Assembly: GCA_963757605.1 (NCBI GenBank)
Contig: CAVWSF010000001.1
Coordinates: 25,531-89,530 of the forward strand
DNA: 64,000 nucleotides
Direction: 5' to 3'
Origin: an uncultured Actinomycetes bacterium
Lineage (GTDB): Bacteria; Actinomycetota; Thermoleophilia; Gaiellales; JAICJC01
The position numbers and the translations under genes are program-made. Shown here in pieces: positions 16,746 through 25,585 of this stretch. A model generated the notes under the pieces. That model saw nothing but the letters and a program-made list of their open reading frames with translations. It was not told the DNA's origin and did no database searches. How positions within the stretch are numbered: the stretch's first letter is position 1; each line of letters opens with the position of its first letter.

Positions 16746-19079
16746 ATGGCCGCGCCTCCGTCTCCCTGGCTCGTCGAGCCGTGCCCGCCCGAGGAGGCGG
16801 CCGCGCTGGCGGAGGCCCTCGGGATCCGGCGCACGACCGCCGAGGTGCTGATCCGGCGCGGCCACTCCACGCCGGATGCGGCCCGCGCGTTCCTCGAGCA
16901 GGACGGCCCCGCCCACGACCCGATGCTGCTGGGCGACATGGCGGCGGCGTGCGAGCGCATCGAGCGGGCGATCGCGGCCGGTGAGCGGATCTGCGTCCAC
17001 GGCGACTACGACGCGGACGGCATCTGCGCCACGGCGCTCGCTGTCACCGTGCTGCGTGGGCTCGGCGCGAACGTCGAGTCGCACCTGCCGAGCCGGTTCG
17101 AGGAGGGCTATGGCCTGGCGGTCGAGACCGTCGAGCGGCTGGCCGCCGACGGCGTCCGGCTGCTCGTCACCGTCGACTGCGGGATCACCGCCGTCGACGC
17201 CGTGGCGCGCGGCCGCGAGCTGGGGATGGACGTGATCGTGACCGACCATCACCGGCCGGCCGAGGCGCTGCCCGCCTGCACCCGTGTCTGCACGCGCCCG
17301 TCCGACTACCCGTTCCCCGAGCTGTGCGGCACAGGCGTCGTCTTCAAGCTCGCCGAGGCGCTTCACCGGCGGGCCGACCGCGACCCCGCCGAGCTCGAGC
17401 AGCACCTCGACCTGGTCGCGCTCGCGACGGTGGCCGACGTCGTGCCGCTCCGCGACGAGAACCGGGGGCTGGTGCGCGCCGGGTTGCGCCGCCTGCGGCG
17501 GACGTCCAAGCCGGGCCTGCGGGCGCTCATGGCGGTGGCGCGCGTCGACCGGGCGCACGCGTCGTCCACCGATGTCGGCTTCCGGCTCGCGCCCCGCATC
17601 AACGCAGCCGGGCGGCTCTGCCACCCGGACGCGGCCCTCGAGCTGCTCCTGACCGCCGACGAGCAGCGCGCCCGTGCGCTCGCCGAGCGGCTCGAGGCCC
17701 TGAACCGCGAGCGCCAGGCGGTCGAGGACGGCATCACGCGCGAGGCGGTCGACCAGGTCGAGGCCGCCGACGACGCCTGGCGGGCTCGGCGCGCGTACGT
17801 GTTGCACGACCCCGAGTGGCACGAGGGCGTGATCGGGATCGTCGCCTCGAGGCTCGTGGAGCGCTACGGCCGGCCGGTCGTCCTGATCGCCGGCGACGGG
17901 GACGAGGCGAAGGGCTCCGGCCGGAGCATCGCCGCCTACGACCTGCACGCCGGCCTCACCGCCACAGCAGCCCACCTGACCCGCTTCGGCGGCCACCGCG
18001 TCGCCGCCGGTCTCACGATGCGCTCGGAGGACGTCGACGCCTTCGCCGCGGCGCTGGCCGAGCACGCCGGCGGGCACCTCTCGGACGCCGATCTCCAGCG
18101 CACGCAGCGGATCGACGCCGTGCTCGCCCCGGCCGAGACGTCGCTCGAGCTGGCCGACGAGCTCGACCGGCTCGAGCCGTTCGGGCTGGGGAACCCGGGC
18201 GTGATGCTGCTCGCGCCGGCGGCCGCGCTCCACCAGGTGAAGCGGATCGGCGAGGGCCGCCACCTGCGCATGGCGGTCGAGCTGGGCGGGTTCCGCTGCG
18301 GCGCCGTGTGGTTCGGGCGCGGGCCGGCGGCGGACGAGCTGCGAACCGGCGGCCGCTTCGACGTCGCCTACCGGCTCTCGCGCAACGAGTGGAACGGCTC
18401 GGCGTCGGCTCAGATGCTCGTGCGGGCGGTCGCCGCGGTCGTCGAGGGCGCCGATCCGATCCCGCACGTGAACGGCGCCCGCCCCGCCGCGGTCTCCGCC
18501 GGCGTCGAGGATTCCCGCGGAGGTGGCGTGCAGATCGCCACGGTGGCGCGGCTCGTGGCGGCCGGTGAGCCCGTGCTCATCCTCGTCGCCGACGCGCGCC
18601 GCCGGGCGGCCATGCTGCGCAGCGTGCTGCGCGCGGAGCGGCTGGGATCGGGCTGGGTCGAGCTCGCCGAGTACGGGACCGCCGATGCCGACCGCATCGC
18701 CGCCCGCTTCCACCACGTCGTCGCGCTCGACCCTCCCGCCGACGCGGCCTCCGGCGAGCTTCTCGCCGAACTCGGCTCGCGGCTCCACGTCCACCTGGTA
18801 TGGGGTCCGGCGGAGGTCGAGTTCGCGCGCGAGGTCGTGTCGCTGCGGGCGCCGCTGCGTGAAGTTCTGGCGGTCGTCTGGCGAGCCGACCGCGACGGCA
18901 CGGCGCTGACGCTGCCGTCCGAGACGGTCGAGCGCTGCCGGGCGGTGTTGCGCGAGGTCGGCCTGGTGCCGGGCGCCGTGGCCGCGGCGCGCGTCGACCT
19001 CGATTCGTCGCCGACCTACCGGGCCGCGTGCGAGCAGGTGGCCGGTTCGCACGCCTATCTGGAGTCGCAGACGACCTAG
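16746..19079 (+). CDS. recJ: Single-stranded-DNA-specific exonuclease RecJ (long form)
   Basis: Has DHH motifs (VHGDYDADGICATA, VTVDCG, IVTDHH), DHHA1 (GHRVAAG) and a C-terminal extension. Confidence 0.9.
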   Translation: MAAPPSPWLVEPCPPEEAAALAEALGIRRTTAEVLIRRGHSTPDAARAFLEQDGPAHDPMLLGDMAAACERIERAIAAGERICVHGDYDADGICATALAVTVLRGLGANVESHLPSRFEEGYGLAVETVERLAADGVRLLVTVDCGITAVDAVARGRELGMDVIVTDHHRPAEALPACTRVCTRPSDYPFPELCGTGVVFKLAEALHRRADRDPAELEQHLDLVALATVADVVPLRDENRGLVRAGLRRLRRTSKPGLRALMAVARVDRAHASSTDVGFRLAPRINAAGRLCHPDAALELLLTADEQRARALAERLEALNRERQAVEDGITREAVDQVEAADDAWRARRAYVLHDPEWHEGVIGIVASRLVERYGRPVVLIAGDGDEAKGSGRSIAAYDLHAGLTATAAHLTRFGGHRVAAGLTMRSEDVDAFAAALAEHAGGHLSDADLQRTQRIDAVLAPAETSLELADELDRLEPFGLGNPGVMLLAPAAALHQVKRIGEGRHLRMAVELGGFRCGAVWFGRGPAADELRTGGRFDVAYRLSRNEWNGSASAQMLVRAVAAVVEGADPIPHVNGARPAAVSAGVEDSRGGGVQIATVARLVAAGEPVLILVADARRRAAMLRSVLRAERLGSGWVELAEYGTADADRIAARFHHVVALDPPADAASGELLAELGSRLHVHLVWGPAEVEFAREVVSLRAPLREVLAVVWRADRDGTALTLPSETVERCRAVLREVGLVPGAVAAARVDLDSSPTYRAACEQVAGSHAYLESQTT

Positions 19080-19288
19080 AACTCGACGAAGTGGTCGAAC
19101 CGACGCGTGTCCGGCGACCGTGCCGTCCGTAGCACTGCCCAGTGGTGGCGCGGATCGTCGGCGGAGGTCTCCTCGACGGTCCAGGCGAGGCTCGTTGTAC
19201 AGAACGACACTGCCCGTGCGATCGAGCGCAGCTGGTGGTCGTCGACGATCACGATCCCACCTGGCCTCCGGCACCCCTCCACTAACAT
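19076..19288 (-). CDS. Hypothetical 70-aa protein (low confidence)
   Basis: ATG 19288 is 6 nt from the relA ATG, and its stop overlaps the recJ stop as CTAG. Third-position G+C is high. I recognise no domain. Confidence 0.3.
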   Translation of the reverse strand: MLVEGCRRPGGIVIVDDHQLRSIARAVSFCTTSLAWTVEETSADDPRHHWAVLRTARSPDTRRFDHFVEF

Positions 19289-19294
19289 GCGGGT

Positions 19295-21514
19295 ATGGCA
19301 ACGGTGCCTCGCAGTGCCGAAGCCGAGCGGCACGACCCACTGCTCGCCGAGCTGCTCGGCCGGATCGCCGAGTACAACGCGAACGCCGACGCCGACCTGA
19401 TCAGGGCGGCGTTCGACTACTCCTGCGTGCACCACAAGGGCCAGCGGCGCAAGAGCGGGGAGGAGTTCATCCACCATCCCGTGGCGGTCGCCACCATCTG
19501 CGCGGAGCTGAAGCTCGACACCGCGACGATCGCCGCCGCGCTCCTCCACGACGTGGTCGAGGACACCCAGGCCGAGCTCGACGAGGTGCGCGAGCGCTTC
19601 GGCGAGGACGTCGCCGTGCTCGTCGACGGCGTGACCAAGCTGACCCGGATCAGCTTCGCGAGCCGCGAGCAGGCCCAGGTCGAGAACTACCGCAAGATGA
19701 TCGTCGCGATGGCGCGCGACCTGCGTGTCATCCTGATCAAGCTCGCCGACCGGCTCCACAACATGCGCACGATCTCGGCGCTCGGAAAGCAGAAGCAGGT
19801 CGAGACCGCGAAGGAGACGCTCGAGCTCTACGCCCCGCTGGCCCACAGGCTCGGCATCCAGTCGATCAAGTGGGAGCTCGAGGACCTGGCCTTCCACACG
19901 CTCCACCCGCGTCGGTACGCCGAGATCGAGTCGCTCGTGAACCAGGCCGGCGACGAGCGCGAGCGGTTCGCCGACCAGGCCGGGACGATCCTGAACCACG
20001 AGCTCGAGCACGCCTCGATCGAGGCCGACATCTCCGGCCGTGCCAAGCACCTGTACTCGATCTACACCAAGATGGCGCAGGGCGGCAAGGAGTTCAACGA
20101 GATCTACGACCTGACCGCCGTGCGCGTGCTGGTCGACTCGGTCAAGGACTGCTACGGCGCGATCGGCGTCATCCACTCGTTGTGGAAGCCGATGCCGGGC
20201 CGGTTCAAGGACTACGTCGCGATGCCCAAGGTGAACATGTACCAGTCGCTGCATACGACGGTGATCGGGCCGCAGGGAAAGCCGCTCGAGATCCAGGTGC
20301 GAACGCAGGACATGCACCAGACGGCCGAGTACGGGATCGCCGCCCACTGGCTCTACAAGACGAGCCCGCACGGCTCCCGGGACCGGCCCGGCGCGAACGA
20401 GTGGGTCGCGCAGCTCGCCGACTGGCAGGGCGACGCGAACGATCCCAAGGAGTTCATGGACACGCTGCGCGTCGACCTCTTCTCGGACGAGGTGTACGTG
20501 TTCACGCCGAAGGGCGAGGTGAAGAGCCTGCCCGCCGGCGCGACGCCGCTCGACTTCGCCTACGCCGTCCACACCGACGTCGGCCACCGCTGCGTCGGCG
20601 CCAAGGTGAACGGGCGCATCGTGCCGCTGCACTACACGCTCCAGTCCGGCGAGTTCGTCGAGGTGCTGACCTCGAAGCAGGAGCGGGGCCCATCGCGCGA
20701 CTGGATGAACCTCGTGAAGACGTCGCGAGCGCGCAACAAGATCCGGCAGTGGTTCACGCAGCAGGCCCGCGAGGATCTCGAGCAGAAGGGCCGCGAGTCG
20801 CTCCAGCAGGCGCTCAAGTCGAACGGCCTGCCGCACCAGAAGGTGTCGGCGTCGCCGCTCCTGGCCGGGATCATCCGCGAGATGGGGTTCAAGAAGGCCG
20901 ACGACTTCTACGTCGCGATCGGCGGCGGCAAGATCCAGGTCGGCCAGGTCGTGACGAAGCTGATCGGCCGGTTGAAGACCGCCGAGGTGATCTCTCCCGA
21001 GCACGAGCTCACGCCCAGCCGGCGCCCGCAGAAGCGGCCCGCGGCGTCCTCGTCGTTCGGCATCGTGGTCGAGGGGACCACCGACCCCGATGTCCTCGTG
21101 CGCATGGCCAAGTGCTGCACGCCCGTGCCGGGCGACGGGGTGGTGGGCTACATCTCGCTCGGCCGCGGCATCACGATCCATCGCGACGACTGCCCGAACG
21201 TGCGCGCGCTCAAGCGGACGCCGGAGCGGTTCACCGCCGTGAGCTGGGACGACTCGGATGCCGCCACGAGCTCGTTCCGCGTCACGATCGCGCTGCAGTC
21301 CTGGGACCGCCCGCGCCTGCTCGAGGACGTCGCCCGGACATTCGCCGAGCACGGCGCCAACATCGTCGAGTACGGCGGCCACGTCGCCGACCAGATGGCG
21401 CGTAACTGGTACACGGCCGAGGTCGGCGACGTCAAGGAGTTGCGGGCTCTGCTGCAGGCCCTGCGCAACATCGACTCGGTCTTCGACGCCTACCGCGTCA
21501 CGCCCGGCGGGTAG
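19295..21514 (+). CDS. relA: Bifunctional (p)ppGpp synthetase/hydrolase RelA/SpoT homolog
   Basis: Has the HD hydrolase domain (HHPVAVA...LLHDVVEDT), the synthetase domain (YRSLHTTV-like QSLHTTVIGPQGKPLEIQVRT), then TGS and ACT regions. Confidence 0.95.
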   Translation: MATVPRSAEAERHDPLLAELLGRIAEYNANADADLIRAAFDYSCVHHKGQRRKSGEEFIHHPVAVATICAELKLDTATIAAALLHDVVEDTQAELDEVRERFGEDVAVLVDGVTKLTRISFASREQAQVENYRKMIVAMARDLRVILIKLADRLHNMRTISALGKQKQVETAKETLELYAPLAHRLGIQSIKWELEDLAFHTLHPRRYAEIESLVNQAGDERERFADQAGTILNHELEHASIEADISGRAKHLYSIYTKMAQGGKEFNEIYDLTAVRVLVDSVKDCYGAIGVIHSLWKPMPGRFKDYVAMPKVNMYQSLHTTVIGPQGKPLEIQVRTQDMHQTAEYGIAAHWLYKTSPHGSRDRPGANEWVAQLADWQGDANDPKEFMDTLRVDLFSDEVYVFTPKGEVKSLPAGATPLDFAYAVHTDVGHRCVGAKVNGRIVPLHYTLQSGEFVEVLTSKQERGPSRDWMNLVKTSRARNKIRQWFTQQAREDLEQKGRESLQQALKSNGLPHQKVSASPLLAGIIREMGFKKADDFYVAIGGGKIQVGQVVTKLIGRLKTAEVISPEHELTPSRRPQKRPAASSSFGIVVEGTTDPDVLVRMAKCCTPVPGDGVVGYISLGRGITIHRDDCPNVRALKRTPERFTAVSWDDSDAATSSFRVTIALQSWDRPRLLEDVARTFAEHGANIVEYGGHVADQMARNWYTAEVGDVKELRALLQALRNIDSVFDAYRVTPGG

Positions 21515-21544
21515 ATGATCGATTCCTCATGCTCGTGATGCCCA

Positions 21545-21602
21545 GCTTCAAGCCGCCTGCGGCTTGAAGCGGTCGTGAGCGACCTGCTACCCAGCAGGTC
21601 GC
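21545..21602 (+). terminator. Two consecutive perfect hairpins downstream of relA
   Basis: GCTTCAAGCCGC-CT-GCGGCTTGAAGC spans 21545-21570. GCGACCTGCT-ACCC-AGCAGGTCGC spans 21579-21602. There is no U-tract, so this would be a GC-rich I-shaped terminator. Confidence 0.45.
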
Positions 21603-21606
21603 GAAC

Positions 21607-21773
21607 GGGCGAGAACCGAGCGTTGCAAGGACGCAGGGAGCGTCGATATTGCCAATATCGGCGCGACCGAGGACGCCGCGAGGCGAGAGTTCGCAGCCGC
21701 AGCCCCGCCACCGCCGCCACACAGGCCACGGTCGGACGTCCAGGCGCACGAGAATGGGAAATCGATCATCTAG
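21607..21773 (+). promoter_or_regulatory. Conserved leader element, copy A (candidate structured cis-regulatory RNA)
   Basis: Homologous to the reverse complement of 23596-23766. Identical blocks are GCGAGAACC, GCAAGGACGCAGGGAG, CGACCGAGGACGCCGCGA, GTTCGCAGCCGCAGC, CGTCCAGGCGC and CATCTAG. The hairpin is at 21640-21664. The element ends 11 nt before ATG 21785. Confidence 0.55.
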
Positions 21774-21784
21774 GATCCCCGGCC

Positions 21785-22291
21785 ATGAGCGCCGAGGGCG
21801 AGATCACGATCTGGCAGGGGAATCCCAGCTGGAAGTCGATGCTCCTGTTCTACGTCAAGTGGACGCTGGTGTCGCTCCTGGCGCTCGGGGTTTGGGCAGC
21901 GCTGACCGCGGGTGGCCAGGACGTGGGCCCGACGTGGTTCACGGTCGCCACCGGCATCGGCCTCGTGCTCACGTACATCGTCGGGTGGATCCGGCGTCGA
22001 AGCACGCGGTACCTCGTCACCGACCGTCGCATCCACATCCGCACTGGGCTGATGTCCCGCCACGAGCGAACGACGCACGTCGATCGCGTCCAGAACGTGA
22101 ACTTGCGCCAGAGCATCCCTCAGCGACTGCTCGGCATCGGCGACGTCGACTGGGACACGGCGGGCACGGACGCGGCCGACGCCGACTTCACGTTCCGCGG
22201 AGTCGACGACCCGAGCTCGCTGGTGCACGCGGCCGACCGCTACTACGGCGTGGCGGCGGTTCACGAGACGGCGCAGCGCGAGCCCCAGTAA
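21785..22291 (+). CDS. Membrane-anchored bacterial PH-domain protein (bPH_2/YdbS-like)
   Basis: Two TM segments are followed by RYLVTDRRIHIRTGLMSRHERTTHVDRVQNVNLRQSIPQRLLGIGDV. Confidence 0.7.
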   Translation: MSAEGEITIWQGNPSWKSMLLFYVKWTLVSLLALGVWAALTAGGQDVGPTWFTVATGIGLVLTYIVGWIRRRSTRYLVTDRRIHIRTGLMSRHERTTHVDRVQNVNLRQSIPQRLLGIGDVDWDTAGTDAADADFTFRGVDDPSSLVHAADRYYGVAAVHETAQREPQ

Positions 22292-22292
22292 G

Positions 22293-22649
22293 GTGCGGGC
22301 GGTGGACGCCGCCGCCAGCATCCGCTCCTTCGCCCTCTCGTTCCCACAGTCTCGCGAGGACCACCCCTTCGGCCCCGACGCCCACGTCTTCAAGGTCGGC
22401 GGCGGCAGCACGATGTTTGCGATCCTGGGGGACGGGCCGCCCGTCACGGTCACGCTCAAGCTGACCCGCGAGGAGCGCGAGGTGGCGCTCGAGCTGCCGT
22501 TCGTGTCGGAGGCCCGCTACGTCGGCCGCTACGGCTGGATCACCGCGCGGGTCGAGGACGAGGACTGCCTCGAGGCGACGCTCGAGTGGATGCGCGAGAG
22601 CTACTGGCTGAAGGCGCCCGACGACGTGCGCGAAGCGGCCTGGGCTTAG
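22293..22649 (+). CDS. MmcQ/YjbR family protein
   Basis: FALSFPQSREDHPFGPDAHVFKVGG..MFAIL...YVGRYGWITARV fits this family. GTG start 2 nt after the upstream stop. Confidence 0.7.
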   Translation: MRAVDAAASIRSFALSFPQSREDHPFGPDAHVFKVGGGSTMFAILGDGPPVTVTLKLTREEREVALELPFVSEARYVGRYGWITARVEDEDCLEATLEWMRESYWLKAPDDVREAAWA

Positions 22650-23596
22650 CCCTCCACCCGCATCGCCCGCTCGATGCCGTCCGGGCCGACGTCGACCAGG
22701 TAGCCGCGCAGGATGCCGTGGTTGGCCTCGCTGCCGGGGTTGATGCAGAGCGTGCGGCCGATCTTGCGCTCGCCGCCGGACTCGTGGATGTGGCCGTGCA
22801 CGCCGAGCAGCGGCTCGAACCGCTCGATGATCCGCCGGACGGCGTACGAGCCCACCGGCCCGCGCAGGACGTCGCCCGCCGAGATCGTCGGGCGCAGGTT
22901 CTCGTCGAGGATCGGCGCCGTATCGAGGCCCGAGTCGTGCGGCGGCACGTGGATCATGAAGACCGCCCGCCGGGGGTCGCGCACCCGCCCGGCCAGCGCC
23001 TCGAGGCGTGATTCGAGCGCGTCCTCGGGCTCCTCGCGCGGCGTCGCCCACGGCGTGATGTTCGACCATCCTGAGGCGAGCAGCTGCAGCTCGCCCGGCA
23101 TGTCGAGGACGCGCCCGTCGGCGTTCTGCACGAACGCGCCCTCGCGGTTCAGGATCGGGTCGATCCCGAAGTCGTCGTCGTTCCCCGGGATCAGGTAGAG
23201 CGGCACATCCCCGCCGCCGAGGCGCTCGTCGGCGAGGTCCATCCACCGCCCGACCCGCTCGTTCATGAGCTCGTGGAGCAGGCGGTCGCGGGCATCGGCG
23301 TCGGTCGCAAGGCGGTCGGCCTCCTCGGCCGTCGAGACGAACGAGTAGAAGCCGACGTCGGCGATGTCGCGCTCGAGCGTCGCCAGCTCCTCGTCGCTTC
23401 CGGCCCGCCGTCGCACGCCGAAGAGCTCGGCCTCGTAGGCCGCGCCGTTTCGCACGATCGGGACGATCGCCTTGCCCGTCAGATCGCCGGCGACGAGCGC
23501 GACGTCGGCCTTGTAGACGTTGAGGCGGATCGCGTTCAGGAACTTCCGCCACGCCGTCTCGGCCGCGTGGAAGTCGCTTGCGAGGTAGATCCGCAC
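22646..23596 (-). CDS. Metallophosphoesterase (calcineurin-like)
   Basis: Has RIYLASDFH, VALVAGDLTG, LIPGNDD, MIHVPP and GHIHESGG. GTG start at 23596, directly after CATCTA. Confidence 0.8.
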   Translation of the reverse strand: MRIYLASDFHAAETAWRKFLNAIRLNVYKADVALVAGDLTGKAIVPIVRNGAAYEAELFGVRRRAGSDEELATLERDIADVGFYSFVSTAEEADRLATDADARDRLLHELMNERVGRWMDLADERLGGGDVPLYLIPGNDDDFGIDPILNREGAFVQNADGRVLDMPGELQLLASGWSNITPWATPREEPEDALESRLEALAGRVRDPRRAVFMIHVPPHDSGLDTAPILDENLRPTISAGDVLRGPVGSYAVRRIIERFEPLLGVHGHIHESGGERKIGRTLCINPGSEANHGILRGYLVDVGPDGIERAMRVEG

Positions 23597-23766
23597 TAGA
23601 TGGGTAACCCCCGGTTCCCGCGCGCCTGGACGCCCGGATGGATCGACTGGTCGATGACTGGTGGCGCTGCGGCTGCGAACCGGCCCATCGCGGCGTCCTC
23701 GGTCGGGCCGATATCACCCGATATTGGCCCTCCCTGCGTCCTTGCGCTACTTGGTTCTCGCCGCCC
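23597..23766 (-). promoter_or_regulatory. Conserved leader element, copy B (candidate structured cis-regulatory RNA)
   Basis: The minus-strand sequence aligns with copy A block for block. The hairpin at 23705-23730 has a different sequence but the same pairing. The element ends CATCTAG, overlapping the GTG start of the metallophosphoesterase. Confidence 0.55.
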
Positions 23767-23802
23767 ATGACGGCACGGGCACCGGGAGTCACCCATCACC
23801 GA

Positions 23803-25536
23803 CTAGTCCGGCGGGATCTCGGCGAACAGCATGTCGCGATCGACCCCGGCCGACCGCGACCGCCACTGCATCACGACGTAGATGACGACGCCCAGGGCGT
23901 AGAAGATGAGCGCATCGAGGATGCCGTTCGTCTCGAGGTAGGTGAGCTTCGAGACCCCCTCCGCCGTGATGCTGTCCCAGATCGGCTTGATGATCCCGAA
24001 CGCGTACACCCAGACCGGGAACACGAGCCACGCGAGCCCAACCCACGGGAGCGCCTTCGCGAACGGCGCGTTTCGCACCAGATCCGGCCGGCGGACGCGA
24101 ACGAGGATGGCATTCACCCCCGGCATCGTCCACGTGAGGATCGCCATCGTGATCGAGAACCACGCCGTCCCGGCCAGGTTGAGCTTGTTGCCGGTGGTGG
24201 CGAGGAAGTGCGGCAGCGCGTTGTAGCTCTGGAAGAACAGGAAGAGCGCGGTCAGCCCGAGCGTCGCCAGGATCGCGTTCAGCGGCGCGCGCAGCCGCTC
24301 GTTCACCTCGCCGAACCACTCGGGGAGCTGACGGTCGAGGCTCCAGGCGAGCTGCATGCGGCTGATGAAGTTGATGTAGACCGGGCATAGGAGGAGCGGG
24401 AAGATGGCGCCCGCGAAGCTGATGAGGGCCCAGATCGGCCACAGGCTGCCGTTTGCGATCACCCCCAGGAGCGGCATCGCGTTGGGCTGGCCCATCGGCA
24501 GCGCCGAGAGGTTCTCGTTGAACCCCCAGTACGCGGCCCCCCAGCTCACGTTCATGTCGAAGCCGAAGTGGTTCGAGATCAGGTCCACGTAGACCGAGTT
24601 CGCGATCACGCCCACCAGGAGCGCACCGAGCAGCGCGATCAGGACGCCGCGGCGCACGTTCCCGCGCACCTCGCCCGCGATGTAGGCCGAGTACTGGAAC
24701 CCGATGTACTGGAAGAGCAGGATCGACAGCATGATCGGGAAGACCGTGTGCGAGAAGAGGTCGCCCAGGATGTCGGTCGAGTGCCCGGGCAGGAACGTCG
24801 GATGCCCCGAGGCCGCGATCTTGGCCGCCGAGAGCCCGCCGGTGTACTGCGGCAGGTTGTGCTCGAAGTCCGAGCGGTTCGTCGCCAGGAGGCCGAAGAT
24901 GAACATCGCCACGAACGACGCCACGCCGAAGATCGCAAGCGCCGTCACGACCTTGTGGAACGTGCGCGTGGGGAGGAGGACGATGGCCGCGATGACCGCC
25001 AGCACGACGAGCGAGGCGATGAACCCGGGAGTGCCGGTGATCGACCCGGTCGAGTCGGTGAACCAGGTGTTGGCGTCCTGGAAGAAGCTCCCGCCGGCGC
25101 CGATGCCGATGATGCGCGCCGTGATCTGAAGGTTGCGCAGGACGAGCGGCACCTCGAACGCGATGATGAGCACCGACGCGATGACGAGCGTCCACGCCTC
25201 GAGCCAGCCCAAAAACGGGTGCGTGATGCGGCTCGTGAACACGTAGTCGCCGCCGGAGCGCGGCATCACGGAGGTGAGCGACGCGAAGATGATCGCGAGC
25301 AGGACGCAGAAGAGGCCGGTGACGATCGCCGCCCAGCCGTACTCCGAGAACGGGCCCCACTTCCACACCGGGATGAATCCGAGCGAGTAGAAGATCGGAT
25401 AGAGCGTGAGCCCCACCCCGACGAACGCCGCGATGTTGAAGAACAGCGCGTTCGTGACGCTGACGTCACGCACGAGCCCGGACGACTGGCGGACGAAGAG
25501 CCGCGATCCGGTGCTCGAATCGGCCATATCGGTCAT
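23803..25536 (-). CDS. APC-superfamily amino acid/polyamine permease
   Basis: A 577-aa polytopic protein with SVMPRSGGDYVFTSR and 12 or more TM segments. The RBS GAGGGAGGG lies upstream. Confidence 0.8.
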   Translation of the reverse strand: MTDMADSSTGSRLFVRQSSGLVRDVSVTNALFFNIAAFVGVGLTLYPIFYSLGFIPVWKWGPFSEYGWAAIVTGLFCVLLAIIFASLTSVMPRSGGDYVFTSRITHPFLGWLEAWTLVIASVLIIAFEVPLVLRNLQITARIIGIGAGGSFFQDANTWFTDSTGSITGTPGFIASLVVLAVIAAIVLLPTRTFHKVVTALAIFGVASFVAMFIFGLLATNRSDFEHNLPQYTGGLSAAKIAASGHPTFLPGHSTDILGDLFSHTVFPIMLSILLFQYIGFQYSAYIAGEVRGNVRRGVLIALLGALLVGVIANSVYVDLISNHFGFDMNVSWGAAYWGFNENLSALPMGQPNAMPLLGVIANGSLWPIWALISFAGAIFPLLLCPVYINFISRMQLAWSLDRQLPEWFGEVNERLRAPLNAILATLGLTALFLFFQSYNALPHFLATTGNKLNLAGTAWFSITMAILTWTMPGVNAILVRVRRPDLVRNAPFAKALPWVGLAWLVFPVWVYAFGIIKPIWDSITAEGVSKLTYLETNGILDALIFYALGVVIYVVMQWRSRSAGVDRDMLFAEIPPD

Positions 25537-25585
25537 GTCTTGCCCTCCCTCTGGGACCGTCGGCCAGTTCTACCACACGGCGCAG

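Noticed and set aside
15867-21382. Giant minus-strand ORFs 15867-19340 (1157 aa) and 19076-21382 (768 aa).
   Set aside because: Only the 3' 291 codons of the first (alpha/beta hydrolase), and possibly the last 70 codons of the second, look like proteins. The rest is antisense shadow of recJ and relA.
23596-23640. Copy B contains GGGGGUUACCC, resembling the GGGUUACC segment of c-di-GMP-I (GEMM-I) riboswitches; GGACGCA also recalls GACGCAAAGCC.
   Set aside because: Copy A lacks the GGGUUACC segment. The order of the conserved blocks does not follow the GEMM-I layout as I recall it. This needs cmscan and cannot be asserted by eye.
21607-23766. Reading the two ~170-bp inverted copies as terminal inverted repeats of a transposon or an invertible segment.
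   Set aside because: The enclosed genes (PH-domain protein, YjbR-like, metallophosphoesterase) include no transposase or recombinase. The copies are diverged in a block-and-stem pattern, and each abuts a start codon. Shared 5' leaders of convergent genes explain the geometry better. Recombination between them remains formally possible.
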